Positions 31,734 through 41,301 are shown, numbered from the stretch's first letter. The stretch is 64,000 nucleotides of DNA from an uncultured Bacillota bacterium (GCA_948907985.1 CAQWMM010000004.1:319-64318), one strand, 5' to 3'. Notes: a model not told the origin generated them from the sequence alone. Numbers and translations are program-made.

Positions 31734-31826
31734 ATGAATTTTTTTATCTCATTTGCCATCGTTGTCTTGGGTAACATAACCTCTCATTATGCTATCAAAT
31801 GGTTGGACAACATATTTAAGCGGTAG
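31734..31826 (+). CDS. Fst/Ldr-like type I toxin candidate, 30-aa hydrophobic peptide MNFFISFAIVVLGNITSHYAIKWLDNIFKR
   Basis: Extended -10 TGCTATAAT (31686-94). RBS AGGAGGTG 6 nt before the ATG. One TM helix and a charged KWLD..R tail. It is followed by a bidirectional terminator and a convergent promoter. The peptide is too short to appear in the ORF track. Confidence 0.55.
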   Translation: MNFFISFAIVVLGNITSHYAIKWLDNIFKR

Positions 31827-31867
31827 TCAGCCTGGGTTTAAGCTACCCTACTTAGTTAAAAAGAATA

Positions 31868-31938
31868 GAAGAACCTCAGCGGCAACTGGGGTTCTTCGTT
31901 TTGCAACTTGATGATTTCATGAATTTTTATTCTCTCAT
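31868..31938 (-). ncRNA. candidate antitoxin antisense RNA 1 (convergent, RNAII-like)
   Basis: Minus-strand promoter TTGACT-17-TAGAAT (plus coordinates 31969-74 and 31946-51). The transcript would end at the shared hairpin 31871-31894. It contains the complement of the toxin translation-initiation region via the direct repeat at 31909-31940. Confidence 0.45.
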
Positions 31939-32019
31939 TGTTATCATTCTACCACACTTACCTAAAAAAGTCAACCCCATTTCTTCACAAAAAAAGCACC
32001 CCCAGTTTCCCGGGGGAGC

Positions 32020-32120
32020 TTTTCGCCTTACTCAAAACCAAGCATTAAAACTCTTCTTGGCTCCCCCTTTGGGGGAGCTGTCAAATATAAGCTGAAAGCT
32101 TTTATTTGACTGAGAGGGCT
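32020..32120. repeat. MITE-like element copy C (partial), inserted into the spacer element of cassette 2
   Basis: Contains gctccccctttgggggagc and caaatataagctgaaagcttttatttg, and ends with gactGAGAGGGct. It replaces the tctaaacaaagg...ttttg part of the conserved spacer. Confidence 0.45.
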
Positions 32121-32241
32121 ATACAAACAATTTGATCCCTTCCCTAAATTTTTTCAATTTTCGTCTTTAATTTAGCTTTTTAGCACACAGTATGCTATAA
32201 TATATTTGCTAAGCGCCTCTTGGCAGAAAGGAGGTGCGAGT

Positions 32242-32331
32242 ATGAATGTATTACTTTCCATTGCCTCTGCCGTTACGGCAAATGTAATCTCCTATTATGT
32301 TTGCAAATGGCTAGACGGCAGACGGCGCTAA
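32242..32331 (+). CDS. Fst/Ldr-like type I toxin candidate, 29-aa peptide MNVLLSIASAVTANVISYYVCKWLDGRRR
   Basis: Extended -10 TGCTATAAT (32193-201). RBS AAAGGAGGTG. Hydrophobic helix plus KWLDGRRR tail. Same cassette architecture as cassette 1. Confidence 0.55.
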   Translation: MNVLLSIASAVTANVISYYVCKWLDGRRR

Positions 32332-32389
32332 GTTAGCCTGGGTGTAAGCTACCCTACTTACTTAAACAAAAAGTTCGTTAAACAGAATA

Positions 32390-32462
32390 GAAGAACCCCA
32401 GCTGCAACTGGGGTTCTTCGTTTTGCATTTGTGCAAATATGAACATATTACTTTAATTTCCT
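32390..32462 (-). ncRNA. candidate antitoxin antisense RNA 2
   Basis: Minus-strand promoter with perfect consensus TTGACA-17-TATAAT (plus coordinates 32492-97 and 32469-74). It ends at the bidirectional hairpin 32393-32416. The direct repeat 32433-32461 mirrors the toxin RBS/start. Confidence 0.5.
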
Positions 32463-32717
32463 TTTATTATTATACCACCAACCCAATCTTTTGTCAAGCA
32501 CAAAAAGAACCCCCTCTCAGTTTCCCATTGGAGGTTTATTTTACTCTTTTCTAAACAAAGGCTGGGAGCCACTGTCTATCATCAAGTTTTGCAAACAATC
32601 TAAACTCTTTCCCAAAATTTTTCCAATTTCAGCTAAACTTCTGGCTTTTTCCCATACCCTGTGCTATAATAGACTTGACCGCATTAAACATACCTGCGGC
32701 GGAGGGAGGTGGGAATT

Positions 32718-32801
32718 TTGCTAGGTTGGTTTCTCACAGTGCTCGGCACCGTAATTGCAAACGTGATTTCTGATTGCATAAGCAAATGGTTAGAACGGTG
32801 A
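32718..32801 (+). CDS. Fst/Ldr-like type I toxin candidate, 27-aa peptide (TTG start) LLGWFLTVLGTVIANVISDCISKWLER
   Basis: Extended -10 TGTGCTATAAT (32662-70). RBS GGAGGGAGGTG 6 nt before the TTG. There is no in-frame ATG, and a GTG 7 codons downstream is an alternative start. Hydrophobic helix plus KWLER tail. Confidence 0.45.
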   Translation: MLGWFLTVLGTVIANVISDCISKWLER

Positions 32802-32839
32802 TAAACAAATCTAATCGGGTCTAGGCTACCTTTAAAGCC

Positions 32840-32914
32840 AGAAAACCCCCAGGTTGCGACTGGGGGTTTTCTCTTTCTAATTTACTAAGTTTTTTCTCAC
32901 AGCTTTAACTTTCT
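32840..32914 (-). ncRNA. candidate antitoxin antisense RNA 3
   Basis: Minus-strand promoter TTGACA-17-TATAAT (plus coordinates 32944-49 and 32921-26). It ends at the hairpin 32843-32870. The direct repeat around 32876-32905 (tttttctcacag) mirrors the toxin start region. Confidence 0.5.
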
Positions 32915-33059
32915 GTATTAATTATACCACCAAGCCAATCTTTTGTCAAGCACAAAAAGAACCTCCCTCAGTTTCCCAAGGGAGGTTCTTCAAACTCATT
33001 TCTAAACAAAGGCGTGAGCCATTGTCTATCATCAAGTTTTGCAAATAATCTAATTTAGA

Positions 33060-36000
33060 TTATTTGATTATTACATTAACAGCGATGACATTCTCACCGT
33101 CTTTCAAAGTAACGTCTGCTTTCTTAATTGTACATTCAAAAACACCGCTCTTTGTCTCGTCAATATCGACTATATCCGCATCAAGCCAAGTAGCATTCAG
33201 CTTAACTTCGATATCTTTAACTTTGTCAGAACCATTGTTTTCAACAGTGAAAGTGATTGCGGAAGTCTTATCCTTAACTGTTCCTACTTCGAAATCATGG
33301 AATCTAACAGTATCGCCATCTTTGTCTTTAACTGTCAGTTTGATATCCTTCTTGAAAGTTGCTTTAGAAGAAGTCTTATCGTCTTCATCATAATCTCTGT
33401 TGGTAACATATTCGTCTACCAATACTGCACCTGCATAACCGTCATCGTTGATAAACGGAACATATGCGTAGGAGTTTCTGCTAATATCGCTCAAAGCGCC
33501 TTCTCTGTACTTACCAGTGTTAGAATCCAGAACGTAAACCACGGTATTAGCGTCTGTCATTACGCGATTTACATAAACATTATTTCCATCAATGTTTGCT
33601 TCATCGCCATAATTCTCATCATCATTATGGAACTCATCCATATAATCGATAAGTACAACAGGATCTTTGAAATAAATCCAGCCGTCATTGAAACCGCTTA
33701 CCAATTTAGCTAAATTGGTCAAGCCATCGGTCTTTTTATAAGACGCCAAAATGTCGATCTCATCACCGGACAATGTGTAAACAATGAAATGACCTGCACC
33801 AGGTTTAGCACCATTAAGAACATCACCCAGATCATAAACTTTATCGTCGCCCTCCAAAGTGATAGCGAAATCGTCTTCACCATTGCTCATAAAGCCAGCA
33901 TGATCAGCATCAGTGAACTTCCAAGCCTTGATTACACCGTAGTACTTGGTGCTGCTATGAGAAGAAGTATAAGCAAATGCTTTAATGCTATGGTTGGTAT
34001 TGCTTATATACTTGGCATAAGCCTGAACAGGCAAGAACTTATAACCATCTGTAGTCAACATTTTAACATCGTCAACTGTTTCTGGCTCAAAATCGCCGCC
34101 GCTCAGCAACGCAGAACGTGTTACTAAAGATACATCCAGTTCATTTTCATCTTCGCCAACCTCAAAAATAACTACATTCGAGGCCAAGGAAGCGGACAAT
34201 CTAGTACCAGTGCTAGTGCCATCTGCTGCTTTTACAGGCTCAGTTACCAAATAAGCGTTGTTCTTAACCTGAATCTCGGTGTTGCCACCATCCAGCATAT
34301 TAGTCCAAGCGCTACCAACTAACTTACCATCTTTATATGCGTCATTACCATTTGCATCTTCAGCATTCCAACCGCCACTAATAGTCTTAATAGCGCCGTC
34401 AGCATTCAACTTATAGGCTACCGGCTGACCCATATATTTCTGTACCATTTCAGTATTCTGCGGTTTACCTTTGCAGTCCTTTGACAAATCATAGGTTACA
34501 GTGTAACCTTCCTGCGTAAACAGGGTGATTGTGGACATGCTCTTGCCCCAGCTGCCGTTGCCGCCACCGTCAACAACTACGCCGTAAAGGGTTGTACCGG
34601 TAGAAGTTTCGTCAACGATAATAGCTGCAATGGTGTTATCCTTATTCAGCAAGTATTTAACATTGTTGTTGTAAACATCTTCAGATGTTACATCAGACTG
34701 TTCCAGATCTTCTTCGTAGAACTGCGGATTCAATGTTACAATACCATCAACATCCTCATCTGCTTTTTGATTAGGATCATTTACAAACACATATTTCTTG
34801 CCGCCGATTGTCGCTTTATGCTGATACCACTTAATATCATCACCATCTTTAAGCGTTCCAACCTCGGTACGGGTAAAGTCGCCGGATTGATCAGTTACTT
34901 TAACATACAATTCGCCTTCTTTGATCTCTCTGATAGCATCGCCAACCTGCAAATCGGAGGGAGCAACAAACTTGCCATCAGCATAAACCAAAGTATCAGC
35001 GTCGTTCATGTTAACAGTCTTGGTCTTGCTACCTACCAAACGAGCAGATGCAGTGGTCATGCTCTTAACGTAGTAAGCTTTGTCTTCAAAATCTCTGTCA
35101 GATGCTACATAGTAAACCTGATCGTCATCATTGAAGTACATAGAATAATTGGTATTCTTCCAATCTTTTTCTACATCATCGGTCAGAGTAGGATCTTTTA
35201 CAGCATTGTAGTTAGTGGAAAGAACTTTAACCTTATTATCGCCATTCTGTTCAACCTTATCGGTTACAGTCTGGATATAAGATTCAACTTCGATAAAACG
35301 AGCATACTTTCTGTCGCCCTCAGTTACATAATAAACTTTGCCCTGATGATGTTCCAAATCGAACAAACCTTCAGCATTGTGGGAAACAGCAGTGTTTTCG
35401 TCAACAATAACATTACCGTCAAAATTATCTTTGCCTACTTTGTTATCGTTGGTGTCTTTTGCCAAGTTGGCAATACGACCAGCAACGTTCCAGTTCAATG
35501 TTTTATCAGCAACATTGCGAACCTGGTTAATAGTAGCAAAGTCATCTACTTCGATAAAGGAACCCTCAAAGCTGTCGTCCAACAAAGTGATGTAGGTAGA
35601 ACCGCTCTTCGTTGTCTGTTTGTAAACAAACTCATTGGTATCTTTATCATAAGTAACAATAGCAGTATCCAATGCTTCACCCAGCATAACAACGATGTCG
35701 CCACGTTTTGCAGCAGCGCTGGCAACGATAGATACATCGTCCATAATGCCAATCTGGTTAGCTTTGGTTACATAGTTTACCGGCCAGCTGCCAGTCAGGT
35801 TGTCATTGTAGCCCAACAAACGCAGCAAAACGGTAATAGCCTCCTGGTTGGAGATGGTATCATTCGGACGGAAGTTGCCGTTGGTGTCGCCCTTGAAAAT
35901 GCCAAGGCTCTCAGCAGCATTAATCCAACCGGTATACCAGCTATTTGCACGAACATCTTTGAAAGCGCTAGCGTTGGCCTCCAACATTGTAGCGGTTTCT

Positions 36001-36236
36001 TTAGCGCCCGCAGCGGTTACGGCAATTTTAGCAAATTCAGCACGAGTAATCGTCTTATCCGGGCCGAAAGTGCCGTCTTCGTAACCTTCAATGATGCCCA
36101 ACGCAACTGCTTTCTTGATTGCGTCCTGCTCCACAACGGGGCGCTCGGAAACATCGCTGAAAGTTGCTGCGTAGGCACTGGCAGAGAATGCAAACATCAT
36201 TACAACTGCCAAAAGAACTACGAGTTTCTTTTTCAT
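33060..36236 (-). CDS. S-layer/SLH-domain surface protein with three N-terminal SLH repeats and a large C-terminal exposed region
   Basis: 1058 aa. It has a signal peptide (MKKKLVVLLAVVMMFAFSASAYA) and N-terminal SLH repeats. The central region is paralogous to 3-2660 (e.g. VVIFEVGEDENELDVSLVTRSALLSGGDFEPET). The RBS is AAGGAGGAAAAAG. Confidence 0.85.
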   Translation of the reverse strand: MKKKLVVLLAVVMMFAFSASAYAATFSDVSERPVVEQDAIKKAVALGIIEGYEDGTFGPDKTITRAEFAKIAVTAAGAKETATMLEANASAFKDVRANSWYTGWINAAESLGIFKGDTNGNFRPNDTISNQEAITVLLRLLGYNDNLTGSWPVNYVTKANQIGIMDDVSIVASAAAKRGDIVVMLGEALDTAIVTYDKDTNEFVYKQTTKSGSTYITLLDDSFEGSFIEVDDFATINQVRNVADKTLNWNVAGRIANLAKDTNDNKVGKDNFDGNVIVDENTAVSHNAEGLFDLEHHQGKVYYVTEGDRKYARFIEVESYIQTVTDKVEQNGDNKVKVLSTNYNAVKDPTLTDDVEKDWKNTNYSMYFNDDDQVYYVASDRDFEDKAYYVKSMTTASARLVGSKTKTVNMNDADTLVYADGKFVAPSDLQVGDAIREIKEGELYVKVTDQSGDFTRTEVGTLKDGDDIKWYQHKATIGGKKYVFVNDPNQKADEDVDGIVTLNPQFYEEDLEQSDVTSEDVYNNNVKYLLNKDNTIAAIIVDETSTGTTLYGVVVDGGGNGSWGKSMSTITLFTQEGYTVTYDLSKDCKGKPQNTEMVQKYMGQPVAYKLNADGAIKTISGGWNAEDANGNDAYKDGKLVGSAWTNMLDGGNTEIQVKNNAYLVTEPVKAADGTSTGTRLSASLASNVVIFEVGEDENELDVSLVTRSALLSGGDFEPETVDDVKMLTTDGYKFLPVQAYAKYISNTNHSIKAFAYTSSHSSTKYYGVIKAWKFTDADHAGFMSNGEDDFAITLEGDDKVYDLGDVLNGAKPGAGHFIVYTLSGDEIDILASYKKTDGLTNLAKLVSGFNDGWIYFKDPVVLIDYMDEFHNDDENYGDEANIDGNNVYVNRVMTDANTVVYVLDSNTGKYREGALSDISRNSYAYVPFINDDGYAGAVLVDEYVTNRDYDEDDKTSSKATFKKDIKLTVKDKDGDTVRFHDFEVGTVKDKTSAITFTVENNGSDKVKDIEVKLNATWLDADIVDIDETKSGVFECTIKKADVTLKDGENVIAVNVIIK

Positions 36237-36402
36237 CTTTCTTTTTCCTCCTTATAAAGTTGGTACATTGATATCGGTTGAAGTCCAACCGATTCCCCAA
36301 GCCCCCTCGGTCGGCTCTCAAAACCCGCCGAAGAAACTTTTCACCATAATTACAATCACTGAAACAAAAAACTTGCGCACAAATTAAAATTTTCTTTAGA
36401 AA

Positions 36403-36431
36403 ATTTTAATTTAGCACTTAACGATTGACAA
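36403..36431 (-). promoter_or_regulatory. candidate promoter of the S-layer gene (long ~160-nt 5' UTR)
   Basis: On the minus strand TTGTCA-17-TAAAAT. On the plus strand the -35 is tgacaa at 36426-31 and the -10 is atttta at 36403-08. Confidence 0.45.
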
Positions 36432-36943
36432 GTCCAAAGGACGCAGTCAGAGTTTAGTGCGTGTGCGTCCATTCGCACAGCGAATGGATTCCTTTCTTCG
36501 TTCCCGAACCAACTTTGCAAGTCATCTTCCCCGAGGCCGCCAACTCCGCCTAAAAAGTCAGCCCAAGCCGCGCTCCGGCCGGCCTGTTTTGCCGAATAAC
36601 AAGCCGCCCATCCTGCCCCCAGGCACAACCCCTCAAACAGTTTGGCGGTTTTGCAAAATCTGCATAGACCTAACAAAGCCTGTCCACAAACTCCCGACTA
36701 TTAGCACAGTCAGAGTTTGCCGATTCATAGACCCGCACAGCAAACCTATAAACCCTTGTTCCTATAATTATGATGTGGTTTTAAGTGAAACCTCCACCAA
36801 TATCATATATATACTACTACATCTGGACAAAAAAAACAACCCTTTTTCCACAATTAATTTAAAAATTTCTACATAATTTCCACAAGCATACTTTTTAACA
36901 AAAACCGGTTGACTTTTTCCTTTTCTTCTATTATAATAAATAT

Positions 36944-37033
36944 AAAGCACCGCAAGTAAGCGGTTGGCCAGCTTTGGTTAAACATTTCATGAACGTCAAC
37001 CGCCACTATTGGCACTAGTGGCGGTTGTTTTTA
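36944..37033 (+). ncRNA. candidate small RNA (consensus promoter plus intrinsic terminator, no ORF with RBS)
   Basis: The promoter is TTGACT (36908-13), 17 nt, TATAAT (36931-36). The terminator hairpin caaccgccactattggcactagtggcggttg (36996-37026) is followed by ttttta. Confidence 0.4.
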
Positions 37034-37237
37034 TGTGTACGTTTTAACTCGACTGTAAACGTAAAGTTCCCAAGACGAATCACTATACGCAGGGACATAT
37101 GCCTCACCCCCTTTCGAGGGAATTTTGGCTAACCGCCTACCGTAGTTTTGCAGTGCTGGTATAATTATAATAATAAAATCGTTTTTTGTCAACTAAATAT
37201 ATTTGAAATATAAAATTTTTTATGCTTTAATTATCAA

Positions 37238-37265
37238 AATAACCTCCCACCAAAATTTTGGTGAG
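37238..37265 (-). terminator. intrinsic terminator downstream of the fabK-like gene
   Basis: On the minus strand the hairpin is cctctcaccaaaa-ttttggtgggagg, followed by a T-rich run. Confidence 0.5.
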
Positions 37266-37275
37266 AGGTTATTCT

Positions 37276-38238
37276 TTAACCCAGCAATGCCGGCGCATTC
37301 TGCAAAGCTGTTGTGGCCTCCTGCATAAGATCCTCCATAATCTGGGCGCAGCTTGCCCGATGATCAATCAAGCCGGAGATCTGCCCGGCCATAAAGCAGC
37401 CGCCTTCCAAATCGCCGTCTTTAGCCTTAAGCAGCCCCCGATCAGCCAGCTTTTCCAGCTGCTCCGGCGAAGTCCCCGGCTTTTTTTCCAGTTCCGCATA
37501 GCGCAGGGGCATGGGCGTTTTCAGCGCCCGCACCACATGAGAAGTCCCGCGCCCGGTAACAATCGTATCCGTATCTGCGGCGTCAATAATCTTTTGTTTA
37601 TAGAGATCAGAAACCGGGCATTCATCGGCGGTTAAAAAAATCGTGCCCAGCTGCACGCCTGCCGCGCCCAAAAGCAGCATCGCCGCCATCGAGCGCCCAT
37701 CGGCAATACCTCCGGCGGCCAAAACCGGAATATTCACCGCCCGGCGCACCTGCGGAACAAGGGCCAAAGTAGTCATCTCGCCAATATGCCCGCCGGATTC
37801 CGTACCCTCGGCCACCACGGCATAAGCGCCCAGGCTTTCGGCCTTTTTAGCCGCGCGCACATGCGGAATCACCGGTATAACCTTAACGCCAGCCGCCAAC
37901 AGTTTGGGCATATGCGGCGAGGGATCGCCCGCCCCAGTGGTTACCACCGGAACCTTGGCGGTGATTACAAAATCAATAATCTGGGCAATCTCCGGACTTT
38001 GCAGCATCAAATTAACACCAAAGGGTTTGCCGGGCTGCAACAGCTGTTGGCAGCGACGAATTTCTTCAGCCACCTGGGCGGCGGTCAGGCCACTGCTGCA
38101 AATCAGACCAAGCCCGCCGGCATTGCTCACCGCCGCGGCCAGTTCCGCTGTCGAAATATAGGCCATACCACCCTGAAAAATTGGGTACTGCAAACCCAAA
38201 TCCCGGCACAGCACGCTTTGAATTTGTTGCATTTTCAA
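37276..38238 (-). CDS. fabK: enoyl-[ACP] reductase FabK / nitronate monooxygenase family flavoprotein
   Basis: 320 aa. YPIFQGGMAYISTAELAAAVSNAGGLGLI is the typical FMN-binding TIM-barrel N-terminus of FabK/NMO. Confidence 0.7.
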   Translation of the reverse strand: MKMQQIQSVLCRDLGLQYPIFQGGMAYISTAELAAAVSNAGGLGLICSSGLTAAQVAEEIRRCQQLLQPGKPFGVNLMLQSPEIAQIIDFVITAKVPVVTTGAGDPSPHMPKLLAAGVKVIPVIPHVRAAKKAESLGAYAVVAEGTESGGHIGEMTTLALVPQVRRAVNIPVLAAGGIADGRSMAAMLLLGAAGVQLGTIFLTADECPVSDLYKQKIIDAADTDTIVTGRGTSHVVRALKTPMPLRYAELEKKPGTSPEQLEKLADRGLLKAKDGDLEGGCFMAGQISGLIDHRASCAQIMEDLMQEATTALQNAPALLG

Positions 38239-38288
38239 AAGCCCCCTTTTTCTACTATAATAATATTTTATTACAACTTAAAGACGTC

Positions 38289-39551
38289 TTATTTTATATA
38301 CTCCACGCCCATATACTTCTGAAGTACCTCCGGCACTTTTACAGAACCGTCCGGCTGCAAATAATTTTCCAAAATAGCGGCCACTGTGCGCCCCACTGCC
38401 AAACCAGAGCCATTCAGAGTATGCACATATTCCGGCTTGCTCTTCGCATCCCGGCGGAAACGGATATTAGCGCGCCGCGCCTGATAATCCTCAAAATTGC
38501 TGCAAGAAGAAATCTCCCGATAAACCCCCGCGCCGGCCATATAAACCTCAATATCATAAGTTTTCGCCGAACTAAAGCCCAGATCGCCGCCGCAAAGGGT
38601 AACCACCTGATAAGGCAGGCCCAGCATCTGCAAAAGAACCTCTGCGTCATGCGTCAGCGCCTCTAGCTCGTCATAGCTGTTTTCCGGCATACAGAATTTA
38701 ACCAGCTCCACCTTATTAAATTGATGCTGACGAATAATGCCCCGGGTATCGCGCCCAGCCGAACCGGCCTCCGCTCTAAAACAGGCCGAATAAGCGCAGT
38801 GGTGAATCGGCAGCTTTGCGCCGTCCAAAATCTCGTCAGCATAGAGATTGGTAACCGGTACCTCGGCGGTCGGGATCAAATAATAGTCCGTACCCTCCAC
38901 ATGGAACATATCCTCGGCAAATTTCGGCAGCTGGCCGGTGCCGGTCATGGCCTTGCTGTTAACCATATACGGCGGGAAGATTTCCACATAACTTTTAGAA
39001 GTATGCACATCCAAAAAGAAGTTATACACCGAGCGTTCCAGCCGCGCGCCCAAACCGCGGTATACCACAAAGCGCGCCCCGGAGATTTTGGCTGCCCGTT
39101 CAAAATCCAGAATACCCAAACTTTCCGCAATATCCCAGTGATTTTTCGGCTCGGCAATCTGCGGCAGCTCGCCCCAGCGGCGCTGTACCGGATTATCCGC
39201 GTCAGAATTGCCAAAGGGCACGCTTTCATTGGGAATATTCGGAATAGCCAGCAAAGTAGTACGAATTGTTTCCTCCGCCGTTTTCACCTGCGCGTCCAGT
39301 CCGGCAATCTCATCGCCCAGTTCGCGCATCTTTTCCATAATCGGCGCGGCGTCCTGGCCGTTTTTCTTCAACACGCCAATTTCCTTAGAAGCCGCGTTAC
39401 GTTCCGCTTTCATCTGCTCCACCTTAGCCAAAAGCTCTTTGCGGCTGGCTTCCGCCTGCAAAAATGGCCCCAAATCCACCTCAATATTACGTTTCTTCAA
39501 CTTCTCAACCACCAATTCCGGATTGGCAGCCACAAACCTTGCGTCCAACAT
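38289..39551 (-). CDS. serS: seryl-tRNA synthetase
   Basis: 420 aa. It has an N-terminal coiled-coil arm and class II motifs. Confidence 0.9.
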   Translation of the reverse strand: MLDARFVAANPELVVEKLKKRNIEVDLGPFLQAEASRKELLAKVEQMKAERNAASKEIGVLKKNGQDAAPIMEKMRELGDEIAGLDAQVKTAEETIRTTLLAIPNIPNESVPFGNSDADNPVQRRWGELPQIAEPKNHWDIAESLGILDFERAAKISGARFVVYRGLGARLERSVYNFFLDVHTSKSYVEIFPPYMVNSKAMTGTGQLPKFAEDMFHVEGTDYYLIPTAEVPVTNLYADEILDGAKLPIHHCAYSACFRAEAGSAGRDTRGIIRQHQFNKVELVKFCMPENSYDELEALTHDAEVLLQMLGLPYQVVTLCGGDLGFSSAKTYDIEVYMAGAGVYREISSCSNFEDYQARRANIRFRRDAKSKPEYVHTLNGSGLAVGRTVAAILENYLQPDGSVKVPEVLQKYMGVEYIK

Positions 39552-39678
39552 TTTTAAATCCTCCTACATTTAATAAATATGATATGCTTAATTTTTTATT
39601 TTCAAATTATATAAAAACTTAAAAGAAGATTAATTTAAAAATCCTCCTACGTTTAATAAATTATGATATGCTTAATTT

Positions 39679-40326
39679 TTATAACAGCAACAGCCTTGCC
39701 AAAGCATTAACATCCGCCACATAATAGTCCGCGCCAGCCACGAGTAACTCTTCTTTGCTGCCAACGCCCCAGCCTACGCCGATTGTCTGCATACCGGCCG
39801 CCTTGCCGCAAGCAATATCCACCGCCGCATCGCCGATAAAGGCCGTCTTCTGCGTATCCGTCGCCGGGATTTTCATTTCGGCCAGAGCCAGCAGGGCCGG
39901 TTCTGGATCTGGTTTGTGCTTTTCACTGGCCTCTATGCCAAATATTTTCACAAAATAATCCTGAACACCTAAAATCTCTGCCGACCAATCCGCGCCCCAC
40001 TGCAAACGGCTGGTAACAATACACATTGGAACTTCCGCCTCCTGCAATTTATCCACCAATGTGGGAATACCGGCAAAAGGCCTGATCATCTTGGGCAAAT
40101 ACAAAAAATTATATTCCCGAAAATTGTCCATATACTCCTGTTCCCGGCCCGGCGCAAACTCCGCTGCCGTTTCATACATCGGCCGGCCAATAAAGCTTTT
40201 AGCGGCCTCTTCATTCCAGGAAAGGCCCATTTTTTCGTGCGTCGCCTGCGAGCTGCGCAAAATCATCGGCACACTGTCAGAAAGTGTGCCATCCAAATCA
40301 AAAATCAAAGCGTCAAATTTCGCCAT
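39679..40326 (-). CDS. HAD-superfamily hydrolase (phosphatase-like)
   Basis: 215 aa. The N-terminal DxDGT motif is FDLDGTLSDS. Confidence 0.7.
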   Translation of the reverse strand: MAKFDALIFDLDGTLSDSVPMILRSSQATHEKMGLSWNEEAAKSFIGRPMYETAAEFAPGREQEYMDNFREYNFLYLPKMIRPFAGIPTLVDKLQEAEVPMCIVTSRLQWGADWSAEILGVQDYFVKIFGIEASEKHKPDPEPALLALAEMKIPATDTQKTAFIGDAAVDIACGKAAGMQTIGVGWGVGSKEELLVAGADYYVADVNALARLLLL

Positions 40327-40343
40327 ACCGCACCACTTCCTTT

Positions 40344-41276
40344 TTAAAATTCCACATCCGGCAAAAGAATCTCCAAAAGCCGCGCAAGCTCATCATCACT
40401 ATAATATTCTAACATAATGCGGCCGCCCTTACGCGTCTTTTGCAGCTTAACCTTAGTCTGTAAACGCGCGCAAAGCTTATCAGAGATATCCCGCAGCAAC
40501 AATTCCTCACTTTTAGGCGACGCCGCCGGTTTCAAGCTGTCTTTACGCTGTTTTTCCACCGGTCTATTTTCTTCTGCCGACGAAGTATAAAGCAAAGCCG
40601 GATTTTTAGCCATTTCTTCCGTTTGACGCACCGTCAGGCCCTCCGCCTGTACTTTTTCCGCCAGAGCCAAACGATCCGCTTCACTTTCCGCCATCAACAA
40701 AGCCTTGCCGTGTCCAGCCGAAATCCGCCCGGAGCTTATCAGGTCGCGGATCTGTTCCGGCAGCGCCAACAAGCGCAGAGTATTGGCAATATAAACCCGA
40801 GATTTACCCAAACGGTCAGCCAGCGTGGCCTGCGTATAGCCATGTTCATCCAAAAGCCGCCGGTAGCAGGCCGCCTCCTCCAGAGGGTTTAAATCCTGAC
40901 GCTGAATATTTTCAATTAACGCTACCTCCAGTGTAACGTCATCAGTCAGAGTTTTCAAAATAGCCGGTATTTTCTTCAAACCGGCCATTTTGGCCGCCCG
41001 CCAACGACGTTCCCCAGCAACAATTTCATATTTATAACGTTTGCCAACGATCGGCCGCACTAAAATTGGCTGCAAAACGCCCTGTTCCTTAATACTGGCC
41101 GCAAGTTCACGCAATTTGCCCTCTTCAAAAATCCGACGCGGCTGTTCCTCATTAGGTGAAACCGCCTCCAGATCAAGCTGCAAAACCTGTTTGCCCTCCA
41201 GCCGGGGCGTCAAATTGATTGCCGGCTGATTGCCAAAAAGAGCGTCCACACCGCTGCCCAGGCCTTTTTTTACCAT
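40344..41276 (-). CDS. spo0J: chromosome partitioning protein ParB/Spo0J
   Basis: Start at MVKKGLGSGVDALFG. The ParB box GERRWRAA is present. The listed ORF start at 41300 is probably an over-extension. Confidence 0.85.
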   Translation of the reverse strand: MVKKGLGSGVDALFGNQPAINLTPRLEGKQVLQLDLEAVSPNEEQPRRIFEEGKLRELAASIKEQGVLQPILVRPIVGKRYKYEIVAGERRWRAAKMAGLKKIPAILKTLTDDVTLEVALIENIQRQDLNPLEEAACYRRLLDEHGYTQATLADRLGKSRVYIANTLRLLALPEQIRDLISSGRISAGHGKALLMAESEADRLALAEKVQAEGLTVRQTEEMAKNPALLYTSSAEENRPVEKQRKDSLKPAASPKSEELLLRDISDKLCARLQTKVKLQKTRKGGRIMLEYYSDDELARLLEILLPDVEF

Positions 41277-41301
41277 GCTGTTTTTTCCCCCTTGCAACAA
41301 G

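Noticed and set aside
31534-33055. Considered whether the three ~0.5-kb tandem units are a CRISPR-like or satellite array
   Set aside because: The units are far too long for CRISPR repeats. Each contains a promoter, RBS, ORF and terminator, which fits tandemly duplicated gene cassettes (type I TA-like).
34767-36257. 496-aa plus-strand ORF antisense to the S-layer gene
   Set aside because: Its composition is Ile/Asn/Phe-rich low complexity and it has no RBS. It is fully contained in the strongly supported minus-strand SLH gene.
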